A DNA stretch of 64,000 nucleotides from Gemmatimonadales bacterium (GTDB lineage Bacteria > Gemmatimonadota > Gemmatimonadetes > Gemmatimonadales > GWC2-71-9). Positions 46,400 through 57,372 of this stretch are shown one piece after another. The stretch covers positions 87,676 to 151,675 of the forward strand of contig DASYQX010000049.1 in the NCBI GenBank assembly GCA_036004985.1, given 5' to 3'. The notes below the pieces were generated by a model. It did not search any database and was not told where the DNA came from. It saw nothing but the letters and a program-made list of their open reading frames with translations. The number at the start of each line of letters is the position of its first letter. Position 1 is the stretch's first letter. Made by a program: the position numbers and the translations under genes.

Positions 46400-49210
46400 C
46401 TACCCCTTGGCATCGACCCAATTCCTTCCAGCACCGATACTTACGACCAGCGGGACCCGCAGCTGGGTGACTCCCTCCATCTCGCGTTTTACGAGACGTG
46501 CCGCGGCCGCCCGCTCCCCCTCCGGGACCTCGAACACGAGCTCATCGTGCACCTGCAGGACCATGCGTGCGGCCAGGCCCGCCTCGCCCAGCGCGGCGTG
46601 AATGCGGATCATCGCGATCTTGATCAGGTCCGCCGCCGAGCCTTGGAGCGGCGAGTTGGTCGCGATCCGCTCGCCGAACGCGCGCACGGTGTAGCTCTTG
46701 TCCTTCAGCTGGGGGATGTAGCACCGCCGGCCGAACAGCGTTTCGACGTACCCCCGTTGGCGCGCTTCGGCGACGGTCGCGTCCAGCCAGGCGCGCACGC
46801 CCGCGAAGCGCTCGAAGTACTGCTTGATGAACGTCTTCGCCTCATCCTGCGTGATGCCGAGCTGGCGCGACAGCGCGAAGGGCCCCTGCCCGTAGATCGT
46901 GCCGAAGTTGATGGTCTTGGCCCGGGCACGCATCTCCGGCGTCACGCGCTCCTCGGGCACCCCGAAGATCACCGCCGCCGTTTGCCGGTGGATGTCGCCG
47001 CCCCGCTCGAATGCGTCGACGAATGCCCGATCGCCGGACAGATGCGCCAGGAGCCGGAGCTCGATTTGGGAGTAGTCCGCGGTGAGCAGCAGGCAGCCGG
47101 GCGGCGCGATGAAGGCGCGACGGATCTCCTCGCCGCGCGGCGTGCGCACGGGGATGTTCTGGAGGTTCGGTTCCGCCGAGGACAGTCGGCCGGTTGACGC
47201 CCCGGTCTGGTTGAAGCTGGTGTGCACGCGCCCAGTGGCGGGGTGCACGAAGCCGGGGAGGGCATCCACGTACGTCGACTTGAGCTTCGTCAGCTCGCGG
47301 TACTCGATCATCAGCCGCGGGACCTCGTGGCCCATCGCGGCGAGCTGCTCCAGCACATCATAATCGGTGGACGGACCGGTCTTGGTGCGCTTCAACACCG
47401 GCAGCTGCAGTTTGTCGAACAGCACGGTGCGCAGCTGGGGCGTCGAGTTGATGTTGAAATCGCCGCCGGCCGCACGGTAAATCTCGAGCTCCAACGCTCC
47501 CAGCTCTTTGGCGAACGCGCGCCCGATCTCGCCCAACAGGGCGCGGTCGATCAGCACGCCCGTGGTCTCCATGCCGACGAGCACCGGGACGAGCGGCACC
47601 TCGACGGTTTCGAGCAGCGGCAGTAGGCGGTGATCCTCGAGCTCCGGGCGGAGCGCGGCCTCGAGCCGCAAGACCGCCTCGCTGTCGGCGCAGCAGTAGC
47701 GCGCCGCGTCGGCCAGCGGCACTTCGGCGAACGGGCGCTCAGCCCGCCCCTTCCCCGCCACCCCCGCGTAGCTCTGGAGCTCGATGCCGAGCCGCTCGCG
47801 CGCCAATTCGTCGAGGGCGTGGGATCGGCGCCCCGGGTCGAGCACAAAGCTGGCCAGCATCGAGTCGTAGGTCACGCCCGCGAGCTCCGCGCCGGCACGC
47901 CGCAGGATCAGCCAGTCGAACTTGACGTTGTGGCCCGCCTTCGGAACACCGGGGTCGGCGAGCAGCGCGCGCAACGGGGCGAGGGCCTCACTCGAGAGCG
48001 GTGGCAGGTTGCGGGGCTGCTCGCCGCCCGCCAGCGGCCCGTCGGGCGGCAGGTGCGCGAACGGCAGATACCAGGAGCGGCCCGGGGCCACCGCCAGGGA
48101 CAGCCCGACGAGCGTCGCTCGCATGGGATCGAGGCCGGTGGTCTCGGTGTCGAGCGCCACGAGCCGGGCCCGACGGCACTCGGCGATCACCCCGGCGAGT
48201 CGAGCAGGATCGTCGACGATTAGAGCGGACGCGACTCCCGGCGCGGGAGGGGGGGCTCCCGCGACGGCGGGGGCCCGCGGCGCTGCCGGAGCGGGAGCCC
48301 CCCCTTCCGCCTTCGAGGCCGCGAACGCGTCCAGCTTCGCGATCAGCGACCGGAACTCGAGCTCCGTGAACAACTGGGTGAGCCGCTGGACGTCGGGCGC
48401 GCGCAGGCGCAGGCGCTCGAGGTCGAGCGGGACCGGCGCATCGCGCCGGATCGTGACGAGCTCGCGGCTGAGCCTGGCGAGGTCGGCGTGTTGGAGGAGG
48501 GCTTCGCGCGCCCGCTTCCCGGGAATCTCGGGGGCGCGGGCCAGGATCGTATCGAGGTCGCCGTAGGTCGTCAGGAGCTCCAGCGCCGTCTTCTCACCGA
48601 CGCCCTTCACGCCGGGAATGTTGTCGGAGCTGTCGCCGACGAGGGCCAGATAGTCGACGACGCGCGCCGGCGGCACGCCGAGGCGCTCGCTCGCATTGGC
48701 CGCGTCCACCCACTGTTCCTCGACAGCCGCCGGGCCGCCGCGCCCGGGGTTCAACAGCGCGATCCCCGGACCGATGAGCTGGTAGAAGTCCTTGTCGCCG
48801 GACACGATCACCGCCTGGAGCCCGCGCCGGGCGGCTTGATCGGCGAGCGTTCCAATCACGTCGTCGGCTTCGAACCCGTCGACGCCCAGCACGGGGACGC
48901 GGAACGCGTCGAGAATCTGCGCGATCCGCTCGACCGAGCGGTCGAAGTCGTGCTGCAGCTGTTCGTCGAGCTTCTGGCGGGTCGCCTTGTACGCGGCGTA
49001 CTGCTGGTGGCGGAACGATTCCCCCACGTCGTGCACCCACCCCAGGTAGTCGGGGGCGTGTTTGTCGCGCAATCGGAGCAGGAAGTTGGTGACGCCCCAC
49101 GCGGCCGAGGTGTTCTCGCCGTGCCGGGTGGTGAGCGGGCGGGCGATCATCGCGAAGAACGCCCGATAGATCACGGCGTAGCCGTCGACGAGAAAAAGCC
49201 GCTCAGACAT
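46400..49210 (-). CDS. polA: DNA polymerase I
   Basis: 936 aa from MSERLFLVDGYAVIYRAFF, with 5' nuclease, 3'-5' exonuclease-like and polymerase domains (RRAAKTINFGIIYG-type motif as RARAKTINFGTIYG). Confidence 0.95.
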   Translation of the reverse strand: MSERLFLVDGYAVIYRAFFAMIARPLTTRHGENTSAAWGVTNFLLRLRDKHAPDYLGWVHDVGESFRHQQYAAYKATRQKLDEQLQHDFDRSVERIAQILDAFRVPVLGVDGFEADDVIGTLADQAARRGLQAVIVSGDKDFYQLIGPGIALLNPGRGGPAAVEEQWVDAANASERLGVPPARVVDYLALVGDSSDNIPGVKGVGEKTALELLTTYGDLDTILARAPEIPGKRAREALLQHADLARLSRELVTIRRDAPVPLDLERLRLRAPDVQRLTQLFTELEFRSLIAKLDAFAASKAEGGAPAPAAPRAPAVAGAPPPAPGVASALIVDDPARLAGVIAECRRARLVALDTETTGLDPMRATLVGLSLAVAPGRSWYLPFAHLPPDGPLAGGEQPRNLPPLSSEALAPLRALLADPGVPKAGHNVKFDWLILRRAGAELAGVTYDSMLASFVLDPGRRSHALDELARERLGIELQSYAGVAGKGRAERPFAEVPLADAARYCCADSEAVLRLEAALRPELEDHRLLPLLETVEVPLVPVLVGMETTGVLIDRALLGEIGRAFAKELGALELEIYRAAGGDFNINSTPQLRTVLFDKLQLPVLKRTKTGPSTDYDVLEQLAAMGHEVPRLMIEYRELTKLKSTYVDALPGFVHPATGRVHTSFNQTGASTGRLSSAEPNLQNIPVRTPRGEEIRRAFIAPPGCLLLTADYSQIELRLLAHLSGDRAFVDAFERGGDIHRQTAAVIFGVPEERVTPEMRARAKTINFGTIYGQGPFALSRQLGITQDEAKTFIKQYFERFAGVRAWLDATVAEARQRGYVETLFGRRCYIPQLKDKSYTVRAFGERIATNSPLQGSAADLIKIAMIRIHAALGEAGLAARMVLQVHDELVFEVPEGERAAAARLVKREMEGVTQLRVPLVVSIGAGRNWVDAKG

Positions 49211-49240
49211 GGCGGGAACAATAACCCGGACCCCGGGGCT

Positions 49241-49278
49241 GACAAACAACAACCCCGCCCGGAGCGTCACGGGCGGGG
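49241..49278 (-). terminator. Intrinsic terminator after csp
   Basis: Minus strand reads CCCCGCCCG-tgacgctc-CGGGCGGGG followed by TTGTTGTTTGT. Confidence 0.7.
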
Positions 49279-49304
49279 CGGAACGAACGGCGCAGGAGCG
49301 CGCG

Positions 49305-49505
49305 TCAGGCGCGCGTGACGTTCGCGGCGTGGAGCCCTTTGTCGCCCTGCTTCACTTCGAACTCCACCACCTGGCCTTCCGCGAGCGTCTTGAAGCCGTC
49401 CATCTGGATGGCCGAGAAATGCACGAACACGTCCTCGCCACCCTCCTGTTCAATGAAGCCGTACCCCTTGGCGTCATTGAACCACTTCACCTTTCCCTTA
49501 GCCAT
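49305..49505 (-). CDS. Cold-shock protein (CspA family)
   Basis: 66 aa [18 protein letters not shown]...VFVHFSAI with AGGAGG RBS. The track 5' extension is rejected. Confidence 0.95.
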   Translation of the reverse strand: MAKGKVKWFNDAKGYGFIEQEGGEDVFVHFSAIQMDGFKTLAEGQVVEFEVKQGDKGLHAANVTRA

Positions 49506-49629
49506 TCGGTCCGCCTCCTGCAAAGTCGCACGCTGGGCGCGGGAGCGCGCCTGCCCGGCGTTCGTGTCGGGCGCGATAGAAATGAGGGCCGCTGGGAATC
49601 CTGTCAAGCTGGGAGGAACCGGGCCCCGC

Positions 49630-51873
49630 TCAATTCTGCGAGGCGGCGTACAAGGCGCGGTACAGCTCGCGGTTGCGCAGCACGCTGCGCACGTAGCCGC
49701 GGGTCTCCGGGTAGGGAATGAGCTCGATGAACTGATCGGGATCCACCGATCCATCGCGCTCGAGCCAGCGGCGGACGGGGGACGGCCCGGCGTTGTAAGC
49801 CGCGACCGCCGCCTCGACGCGTTCGAAGCGCCGCAGCAGCTCCGCGAGATGCGCCGCTCCGAGGTGCAGGTTCAGATCGGGAACGGTGATCCACTCGGGA
49901 TAAAACGTGACGTCGAGACCGCGCGCCGTGAGCGCCGCGGTACCGGGGAGCAGCTGTGCGAGGCCGCGCGCACCGGCGGGAGACAGCGCCTCGACGTCGA
50001 ACACGCTTTCCTGACGGACGATCGCGGTCAGCAACACCGCGTCGACGCCGAACTCATCCGCCTCCGCTTCGACGGCGGCGCGGTTCGGCCAGGGATAGAT
50101 CGCCCGGAGCACCCGGGGATCGCCGGGCGCCTTGATGAAGGCCTGCCAGCCCAACCGCACGGCGGCGGAGCCGTAGCCGCGCAGGCCCAGTCCCTCGCTC
50201 CAGGCCAGCAGGGCGGCGAGGTCCTGCGGCGGACGGCCCAGCACGGCGCGCACTTCCGTCTGCGCGGCGCTGTCGAGGCCGGCGAGCTCGAGGGTGTCGA
50301 GCCGGGCGAGGCCCGTCGCCACGAGGGCAGGCGCCGCGGGCGCGACGGGCGACGGCGCCACCGTGAGGGGCGGCAGGTCGGTCTCGCGGCGGGCCCGCAA
50401 CCCGTAGTAGCCGAGCGAGTCCTCGCGGGCCAGGGCGCGCCACACGCCGCGGGCCCCGGCACTGTCGCCCCGGACCCACGCGATCTTCCCGAGCCAAAAG
50501 CGCGCTGCCGCGCGTTGCGGTCCGTTCGCGACGATCTCGTTCTGGTACAAGGCCGCCGCGCTGTCGAGTTGCCGGTCGTGGTAGGCGCGGGCCGCGAGCC
50601 GGAAACGGGCGAGCGAGGCCCGCGCATCAGCCGGGTAGCGCGCAATCAGCTCGCCGAACCAGCGGTCCGCGCCAGCCCAGTCGCCCCGGTCGAACAGCAG
50701 GTCGCCCAGCACATAGAGCGCGGTGGGGGCGGCGGTGTCGGTGGGGTACGTCTGCGCGAAGCCGGAGAGCGCGGTCGTCGCGCCGGGATCGCCCACGCGC
50801 ACGAGGACGCGGGCCCGCCGGTAGACGGCGAGCGGGCCGAGCGCCGAATCGCGGGCCGCCGCGAGGTAGGCGCGGGCGGCATCATTGTAGCGCCCGGTGG
50901 CGACGAGCAGCTCGCCGTAGAGCAGCAGCGTCGCGGCGCTGGAGTCGCCGAGGCGGACGGCGCGCTCCACCTCGACCCGAGCGTCCGCCGCCGTGCCGCG
51001 GCGATTGAGCGTCCGCCCCAGCGCCGCGTGCTCGGCTGCTGCGCGCGGGCGGAGCCCGCCCCACGACAGGGGTACGGCGGCGGCGGCATCGTCGCTCTGC
51101 GGCGCGCGGGCCATGAGGTCGTACAGCGCCGCCCGCGCGCGCGCCGAATCTCCGGCGGCGAGGGCCAGGCGCGCCACCTCGAGCCCCTTCCCCGCCTGGG
51201 CGAACGCATCGAGCGCGCGCCCGGTGTCGCCGGCGAGGAGCAGGGTTTTCGCCCGCGCCAGGAGCGCCTCGCGGGCCGCGGGCGCCGGCGCGTCCACCAG
51301 CAGGCGGAACGCCGCGGCGGTGTCGCGGGTCACGCGGGCCTGGCGCACGCGCAGCCAGCCATCGATCGCCGCGAGCGTTCCGCCGCTGCGGCCCGCGGCA
51401 AACGCGCTCGCCGCGCTGTCGGGCTGCCCGGCTGCTTCGTACGCCAGGCCGGCCCGCACCGCGAGCAGCGCCGCCCGCGCGCCCGACGTTCGCGCCCGCG
51501 CGGCACCGAAATGGGCCGCCGCCGGCACATACTGCCCGAGGCCGAACTCCGCCTCCGCCAGCACGGCGAGCGCTTCGCCCTCGGCGTAGTCCTCGAGCCA
51601 CGGCTGACCCACCAGCAACCCGCGCGCGCGGTCGTAGCGGCGGGCGTGCAGCTCCGCCTTCGCGCCTTCGACCACCAGGAATGCATTGGGGTGGGGATCG
51701 CGGGCCGCCGCCGCGAGCAACGTCTCGGCCGCGTGCCACGGCCGGCCCGACAGCCGCAACGACTCGGCGCGGAACGTCACGCCCCGGTCCGCCGGCACGA
51801 CGACCTGTGCGCGCGCCACGGGAGGGGTCGCCGCCGCGAGCGCCACCGCACTCAGCCCCGCCGCCCACCTCAC
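49630..51873 (-). CDS. Soluble lytic murein transglycosylase (Slt70-like)
   Basis: C-terminal [23 protein letters not shown] and AAYNAGP motifs after a long Ala-rich superhelical region. GTG start (GTGA overlap) precedes signal peptide [22 protein letters not shown]. Confidence 0.85.
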   Translation of the reverse strand: MRWAAGLSAVALAAATPPVARAQVVVPADRGVTFRAESLRLSGRPWHAAETLLAAAARDPHPNAFLVVEGAKAELHARRYDRARGLLVGQPWLEDYAEGEALAVLAEAEFGLGQYVPAAAHFGAARARTSGARAALLAVRAGLAYEAAGQPDSAASAFAAGRSGGTLAAIDGWLRVRQARVTRDTAAAFRLLVDAPAPAAREALLARAKTLLLAGDTGRALDAFAQAGKGLEVARLALAAGDSARARAALYDLMARAPQSDDAAAAVPLSWGGLRPRAAAEHAALGRTLNRRGTAADARVEVERAVRLGDSSAATLLLYGELLVATGRYNDAARAYLAAARDSALGPLAVYRRARVLVRVGDPGATTALSGFAQTYPTDTAAPTALYVLGDLLFDRGDWAGADRWFGELIARYPADARASLARFRLAARAYHDRQLDSAAALYQNEIVANGPQRAAARFWLGKIAWVRGDSAGARGVWRALAREDSLGYYGLRARRETDLPPLTVAPSPVAPAAPALVATGLARLDTLELAGLDSAAQTEVRAVLGRPPQDLAALLAWSEGLGLRGYGSAAVRLGWQAFIKAPGDPRVLRAIYPWPNRAAVEAEADEFGVDAVLLTAIVRQESVFDVEALSPAGARGLAQLLPGTAALTARGLDVTFYPEWITVPDLNLHLGAAHLAELLRRFERVEAAVAAYNAGPSPVRRWLERDGSVDPDQFIELIPYPETRGYVRSVLRNRELYRALYAASQN

Positions 51874-53234
51874 CGCGCGCGCCGCACCCGCGCCAGCACG
51901 CGCATGAACTCGGCGCGCGACGTCGGCGTCAACCGGAAGCTGCCGAACCCGGTCTGGTCCTGGAAATAGAGGAGCAGCCGGAAATTGTTGTACGTCCACC
52001 GGATGATCCGCAGCCCGCTGCGGTCCATCCCGCTCGACAGGTCGAGGATCTCGTCGGGCTCGCCCAGCGTGATGAACACCTCGCCCCGGTCGGTGAGCCA
52101 GCCGGGCTGCCCCTCGTCCTGGAAGCGGATGTTGGACTGCTGAACACGCCGGAAATAGTCGTCCAGCTCTTCGTTCTCGGGCGTGATGGGGACCGCGTCG
52201 GTGGCGGCCCAGAAGTCCCGCCACACCGCGGGGCGCTTGTCGGCCGGGGTCTTGCGCAGCGAGTCGACCCACTCCTGCCGGTCGAAGTACCGCAGCAGGC
52301 TCAGCATCTCCTCGAAATTCGTGATCACCCACTGGTTCGAAAAGCTGACGAGGAAGCGCTCGTGGGTCGTGTCGCTTCCCACCGTCGGCGTCACCTCGAC
52401 CTCGGCCTGGCCCACGGGCAGCTTCCCCGGCGCGACCGCCACGGTCGTCCAGGCGATCGCTCCGTCCCCCGCGAAGCGCACGGTGTCGCGCCACAGCTCC
52501 CGGTCGCCCGCGTCCACCACCCGCGCGAGCAGGCGGGCGCCGGCGGGCTGCTCGTAGCCCTCCACGTAGAAGCGTACCGTGTCCGCGCCATAGGGGAGGG
52601 TGGCGCGAGGGTTGGGGATCAGGTCCGGCAGCGCGGACAGCTGCGTCCGACCCGCCGCCTCGTAAACCGCGATCGGGCGGGTGATCCCACGCCCGCCGAA
52701 GCGCGGCGCGGTGTCGACGCGCTCGGCGCGCGCGAAGTTCGGGCCGTTGCGGTCCCGGACCATGACCTGGATGGTGTAGGCGCCGGGCGGGAGCATCACG
52801 AAGTGCCGGAAGACGACGCTCTCGTCGCCCCGCAGCGTTTCCTGGAAGGAGCGCACCCGCACCTGCTCGTCGCGCGAGATCTGACGCACGGGCACGAAGC
52901 CGCTGTCGGTGCGGAACGCCGCCTCGACGCGGTAGGCAGCCACGAATTCGTTGCCGGTCCGTTGAAATGTGAGCGCCTGGTTCGCCAGGGACAGGGCGAC
53001 TACGGCGAGAGTCGAATCGGCCGTCGGCCCGCGCAAATAGCGGACCGATGCGACGAAGGGGAGGGGGGCGGTGCCGACGAGGAACCCCATCGAGCGGTAG
53101 ACCGACGTCGCGTCGAAGAGGCGCGGCAGGGTCGTGCCCGGGCCGGGTGCGCCGGAGCTGCCGACCCGCTGCCACGGCCCACATCCGCCCGCGAAGCACA
53201 GCAGCGCCGCGAGCCCCGCCGAACGTCGTCTCAC
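51870..53234 (-). CDS. GWxTD domain lipoprotein
   Basis: GWLTDRGEVFITLGEPD and RIIRWTY motifs. GTG start 7 nt after GAGGG, then LAALLCFAGGC. Confidence 0.8.
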   Translation of the reverse strand: MRRRSAGLAALLCFAGGCGPWQRVGSSGAPGPGTTLPRLFDATSVYRSMGFLVGTAPLPFVASVRYLRGPTADSTLAVVALSLANQALTFQRTGNEFVAAYRVEAAFRTDSGFVPVRQISRDEQVRVRSFQETLRGDESVVFRHFVMLPPGAYTIQVMVRDRNGPNFARAERVDTAPRFGGRGITRPIAVYEAAGRTQLSALPDLIPNPRATLPYGADTVRFYVEGYEQPAGARLLARVVDAGDRELWRDTVRFAGDGAIAWTTVAVAPGKLPVGQAEVEVTPTVGSDTTHERFLVSFSNQWVITNFEEMLSLLRYFDRQEWVDSLRKTPADKRPAVWRDFWAATDAVPITPENEELDDYFRRVQQSNIRFQDEGQPGWLTDRGEVFITLGEPDEILDLSSGMDRSGLRIIRWTYNNFRLLLYFQDQTGFGSFRLTPTSRAEFMRVLARVRRAR

Positions 53235-53277
53235 TTGCCGACCCTCAAATCCAGACGTTAGTTTCGCGCCAACCCCA

Positions 53278-54195
53278 ATGGCCAACGAGAACCTGGCCGG
53301 CCAGTCCCTGGCCGGCTACCGCCTCCTCGAGCGCGTGGGCGAGGGAGGGACGGCGGAGGTCTACCGCGCCGAACACCCCCAGCGCGGGGCCTGTGCGTTC
53401 AAGGTATTGCGACAGCGGCTCAGAGGCGACCCCACAGCGGTCAAGCGGTTCCTGCGCGAGGCGGGTTACGGCTCCCGCGTGGTGCATCCCGGCGTCGTTC
53501 GGACCTACGACTACGGCGAGGCCGACGGCCTCCATTACCTCGCGCTCGAGTGGGCGGACGGGGAATCACTCGCCAGCTTCGTACACCGGAACGGCCCGCT
53601 CGCTCCCGCCGAGGCCGTCCCGCTGGTGCGCCAACTGGCCGACGCGCTGGCAGCGGCCCATCAGGCGGGCATCATCCACCGCGACTTGAAGCCCGAGAAC
53701 ATCATGTATGACGCGCGCACGCGCTCCGTGAAGCTGCTCGATTTCGGGATCGCGCGGGACGCCGAGCTGCCCCCCGAAGAACGGCTGACGCGCACCGGCT
53801 TCTTCGTGGGCACGCTGCAGTACGTGGCGCCCGAAGCCTTGTCGGGCGAGCTGGTGGACGGGCGCGCCGACATCTACAGCCTCGCCACGATCACGTACTA
53901 CCTGCTCTCTGGGCGCCACCCCTACGTGGGGCGCAGTCCGCGCGAGCTGTTCCAGCAGCTGCTCAGTCGGCCACCGACCCCGCTGTCGGAGGCGGCGAAG
54001 GGCACGAAGTTCCCGCCCGGCGTCGAGGCCGCCGTGATGAAAGGCCTGTCCCGGCACCCTGCCGACCGTCAACCGACCGTGACGGCCTTCGCCGAGGAGC
54101 TTGAGACGGGGCTCGCCGGAGGTGGTGCTGCGCCGGGTGGGAAGGGTGGGTTCTGGGGTACGTTGAAACAGTTTGTGGGCAAGCGTGGCGAATAG
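53278..54195 (+). CDS. Ser/Thr protein kinase (cytoplasmic, 305 aa)
   Basis: GEGGTAEVY, AFK, HRDLKPEN, DFG and APE motifs. Confidence 0.9.
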   Translation: MANENLAGQSLAGYRLLERVGEGGTAEVYRAEHPQRGACAFKVLRQRLRGDPTAVKRFLREAGYGSRVVHPGVVRTYDYGEADGLHYLALEWADGESLASFVHRNGPLAPAEAVPLVRQLADALAAAHQAGIIHRDLKPENIMYDARTRSVKLLDFGIARDAELPPEERLTRTGFFVGTLQYVAPEALSGELVDGRADIYSLATITYYLLSGRHPYVGRSPRELFQQLLSRPPTPLSEAAKGTKFPPGVEAAVMKGLSRHPADRQPTVTAFAEELETGLAGGGAAPGGKGGFWGTLKQFVGKRGE

Positions 54196-54775
54196 TAGTA
54201 GTGATTACTACTACCTCAAACAGAGCCTCCGGGACCTGCTCCTCGCCCGCTCGGTGCGCCGGGGCGACTTCCTCCTCGCCTCCGGCCAGCGCTCCTCCTT
54301 CTACATCGACGCCCGCCTCACTACGATGTCGGGCGAAGGCCTCGCCCTCATCGGCGCGTTGGGCCTCGATCGGCTGGCGGCGCGGCACTGGACTCCGCAA
54401 GCCGTCGGTGGGCTCACGCTGGGCGCGGACCCCGTCGCCCACGCGCTCGCCGCTGCCGCACGCGCGCGCGGCATCGCCCTGGACGCGTTCACCGTCCGCA
54501 AGCAGGCCAAGACCCACGGGACCGGAAAACGCATCGAGGGCTGCTTCAGCGCGGGCTCCGCGGTGGTCGTCGTCGAGGACGTGATCACCACGGGCAACTC
54601 GACCCGGGAGGCGATCGCCGCGGTGGAGCACGAGGGCGGGAAGGTCCTGGGCGTCCTGGCGGTTGTCGACCGCGAAGCGGGCGGCCGCCAGGCGCTGGAG
54701 GACGCCGGCTACGCCGTCGACGTCTTGGTTACCGCAACCGACCTCGGGCTCGCCCCGGCCGCGAGCAGCGGGTAA
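54173..54775 (+). CDS. pyrE: Orotate phosphoribosyltransferase
   Basis: FLLASGQRSSFYID and PRPP-binding VVVVEDVITTGNS motifs. Start uncertain: TTG at 54173 or GTG at 54185, both inside the kinase 3' end. Confidence 0.85.
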   Translation: MWASVANSSSDYYYLKQSLRDLLLARSVRRGDFLLASGQRSSFYIDARLTTMSGEGLALIGALGLDRLAARHWTPQAVGGLTLGADPVAHALAAAARARGIALDAFTVRKQAKTHGTGKRIEGCFSAGSAVVVVEDVITTGNSTREAIAAVEHEGGKVLGVLAVVDREAGGRQALEDAGYAVDVLVTATDLGLAPAASSG

Positions 54776-54784
54776 GATGCTGAG

Positions 54785-56506
54785 ATGACCGCGCCCGCGC
54801 GCACCCCCCCTCCCCTGCCCCGCCCTTCCTTGTCGTTCGCCGCGCGGCTGCGCGGCTGGCAGGACGAACCCAGCGGCGTCGAGCAGCGCCTCAAGGACCT
54901 CGAGACGTTCGACCGCAGCCATCGCCGCCGGTGGGCGATCGCGGGAGCGTTGTTGGTGTTGGGCGTGCTGGGCCGCGTCGGGGGCGCGATCGCGACGCCA
55001 TACGGCACGATCGTCCTGGTGGCGGGAGGCGCGGCGGTGCTCAACGCTGTGGTCGGCATGATCAACGAACGGGGTTGGTACCGCTGGTGGTTCATCTACA
55101 TGCTCGCCCTGCTCGACGTCGCGCTGGTGGCGGTGTTCGTCGTGTGGTTCGGGCATGGGGGCGTCGTGGCCACACTGTTCATCGCCGTGCTGCCGTACGC
55201 CTTCGATCAGGGCCAGGCGGTGGGTGACTTCCTGGTGCTGATGGCGTCCCTCGCGTACCTCGGCGCGAGCTGGCTGCACGGCGAGCTCTACCCCGGCGTA
55301 GGAGGCGGACTCGACACCGTCACCTACATCGAGACCGGCTTGTTCATCGTCGTGGCCATGGCGCTGAAGCGCATCCCGGCGACATTGATCGCGCGGATCC
55401 GGCGCGCCCGCAGCGTGATGGGCGAAGCGGAGCAGGGGTTCCTCGCCGTCCGCGCGGCGGCGGCCGAAGCCGACGAGCTCGGTTTTCTCGAGAAGAGCTT
55501 CAACCGGATGCTGGAAGAGATCGGGACGACGATCTCGTCGGTGCAGCGGGAGGCCGACGAAGTCGCCGCCTTCGCCGAGCAGCTGGCCGCGGCGGCCCAG
55601 CAGCTGCACGCGACCACGGAAACGCTGACCGAGACGTCGCAGCGGCTCGCCGGCGACCTGGGCCAGCAACGCGGCCTGGCCGATGGGGCGCGGGGCGAGA
55701 GTGCCAAAGCCGCCGACCAGGCCGAGTCGCTGCGGGTGCGAGCGGAGCTGATGCAGGTCGACGCGACGCGCCTGGTGGCGGCCGCGGAGCGGGGGCGGGA
55801 GCGGGTCGCGCGCGCCAGCGCGACGCTGCGCGCCGTGGGCGAGGAGGTGCGCGCCACGGCCGCGACGGTGGCGGGGCTCTCGGGAATGTCGGAGCGGATC
55901 GGCATCTTTGCGCAGACGATCGCGCGGATCGCCCGTCAAACCCACTTGCTCGCGCTCAACGCGGCGATCGAGGCGGCGCGCGCGGAGGAGCACGGGGAGG
56001 GCTTCGCCGTGGTCGCCGACGAGGTCCGCGCGCTCGCCGCCGAAGCGGGCAAGTCCGCACGGGAGGTGGCCGAGCTGGTGAGCGAGTTGCGGGCCGGCAT
56101 CGATGCGGCGGCGCGAGCCATGCAGTCGGGCGAAGCGAAGGTGCGCGACATCGGCGCGGTGGCGGCCGAGGCGGACGGCGCGCTGCAGGAGCTGCATCAG
56201 GGCGTGCAACTGATGGGCGACTTGGTGAACGCGACCGCCGAGGTGTCGCGCAGTCAGGCCGAACGGCTCGCCGAGCTGGCCAAGTCGCTGCAGCGCGTGG
56301 CGAGCATCTCCAGCGCGTCGTCGGAGAGCGCCAACAGCACCGCCGCGGCGACCCAGACGCAGATCACGGCGATGGGCGAGTTGACGGCGACGTCGCAGCA
56401 ACTCGCCCAGCTGGCGGAGCGGCTGCGCAGTGGCATCGCGCGCTTCTCCGTGCTGCGACGCGATCAACAGACCGCCGAGCACCGCGTCCGCCCGGCGGCC
56501 GACTGA
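54785..56506 (+). CDS. Methyl-accepting chemotaxis protein
   Basis: Multi-TM N-terminus, HAMP, and the signalling hairpin [34 protein letters not shown]. Confidence 0.9.
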   Translation: MTAPARTPPPLPRPSLSFAARLRGWQDEPSGVEQRLKDLETFDRSHRRRWAIAGALLVLGVLGRVGGAIATPYGTIVLVAGGAAVLNAVVGMINERGWYRWWFIYMLALLDVALVAVFVVWFGHGGVVATLFIAVLPYAFDQGQAVGDFLVLMASLAYLGASWLHGELYPGVGGGLDTVTYIETGLFIVVAMALKRIPATLIARIRRARSVMGEAEQGFLAVRAAAAEADELGFLEKSFNRMLEEIGTTISSVQREADEVAAFAEQLAAAAQQLHATTETLTETSQRLAGDLGQQRGLADGARGESAKAADQAESLRVRAELMQVDATRLVAAAERGRERVARASATLRAVGEEVRATAATVAGLSGMSERIGIFAQTIARIARQTHLLALNAAIEAARAEEHGEGFAVVADEVRALAAEAGKSAREVAELVSELRAGIDAAARAMQSGEAKVRDIGAVAAEADGALQELHQGVQLMGDLVNATAEVSRSQAERLAELAKSLQRVASISSASSESANSTAAATQTQITAMGELTATSQQLAQLAERLRSGIARFSVLRRDQQTAEHRVRPAAD

Positions 56507-56508
56507 GA

Positions 56509-57372
56509 TCACCCCGCCCGGGAACCCGCTGCGGCGTTCGGTCCTTGGTCCCAAAACCCCGCGTTGAGGGGGTGAAACGCGCGCAGGGGCTCCCGGTACG
56601 GGATGACGAGCAGATCGACGTAGCGCGCCAGCGCCACGTCGAAGGGAAAGCGACGGCGGAATTCGCCGGCCGTCACGCCGAGCACCGCCTTGAGGTGCCG
56701 GCCGAAACTCTGGGGCGACGAATAGTCCATGCGATAGGCCACATCGGACACCGACAACCCCGGGTTCTGGAAGAGGTACGCCGCATGCAACAGCCGCATG
56801 CCGGCGAGATAGCTCTTCGGGGAGGGAAGCCCCGCGCGATGGAAGCGAGACATGAGCGTGCTGGGCCGCACGCGGAGGTGACGGGCGAGGCCCCGCACGG
56901 TGCTGAGAGCCGGGGCGAGCCGCGCCACGGCCTCGAAGAACCACCGCGTCTCCACGGGAACGGCGCCCAGCGCCGGCACGAGCCGCGACAGGACCCGGGC
57001 CGCGACGGGCGAGGCCGGGTGGCCCACGAGATCGCGCAGACGCCGCCAGCCGTCGGGATGCGTGCAGTCCACGGCGGTGCGCACGCCCGTGGCGCCGAGC
57101 CGCAGCAGGGTCTCCGTGGCGTCGCGATCGTGGCGCGACACCAGGGCCACCGCGGGAATGGCGGGGAACTCCCGCACGAATCGCGCGACGGCCGGGAGCG
57201 CTTCGCCGTGACAGCGATGCACCGAGATGACGACCGCGTCCACGCGGCGCCGCCGCGCGAGCAGCAACGCCTCGCGCAGGGAGTCGGTGTGCAGAGTGTC
57301 AAAGCATCCGTCGCCGACGGCGTCGACGCGGGGACGCTCGGGAGGAGGCAGGACGGTGCAGACGGTGATCAT
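56509..57372 (-). CDS. AraC/XylS family regulator with receiver-like N-terminal region
   Basis: C-terminal double HTH (VSDVAYRMDYSSPQSFGRHLK). The N-terminal ~120 aa look CheY-fold-like, which is inference. Confidence 0.85.
   Translation of the reverse strand: MITVCTVLPPPERPRVDAVGDGCFDTLHTDSLREALLLARRRRVDAVVISVHRCHGEALPAVARFVREFPAIPAVALVSRHDRDATETLLRLGATGVRTAVDCTHPDGWRRLRDLVGHPASPVAARVLSRLVPALGAVPVETRWFFEAVARLAPALSTVRGLARHLRVRPSTLMSRFHRAGLPSPKSYLAGMRLLHAAYLFQNPGLSVSDVAYRMDYSSPQSFGRHLKAVLGVTAGEFRRRFPFDVALARYVDLLVIPYREPLRAFHPLNAGFWDQGPNAAAGSRAG

Noticed and set aside
49315-51969. 884-aa plus-strand ORF. The same reasoning applies to 53963..56944 (993 aa, minus), 20879..22534 (551 aa, minus) and 62898..63998 (366 aa, minus).
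   Set aside because: Each is antisense to a gene with clear family motifs (Slt, kinase/pyrE/MCP, caspase-like protein, kinase 2). These are shadow ORFs.
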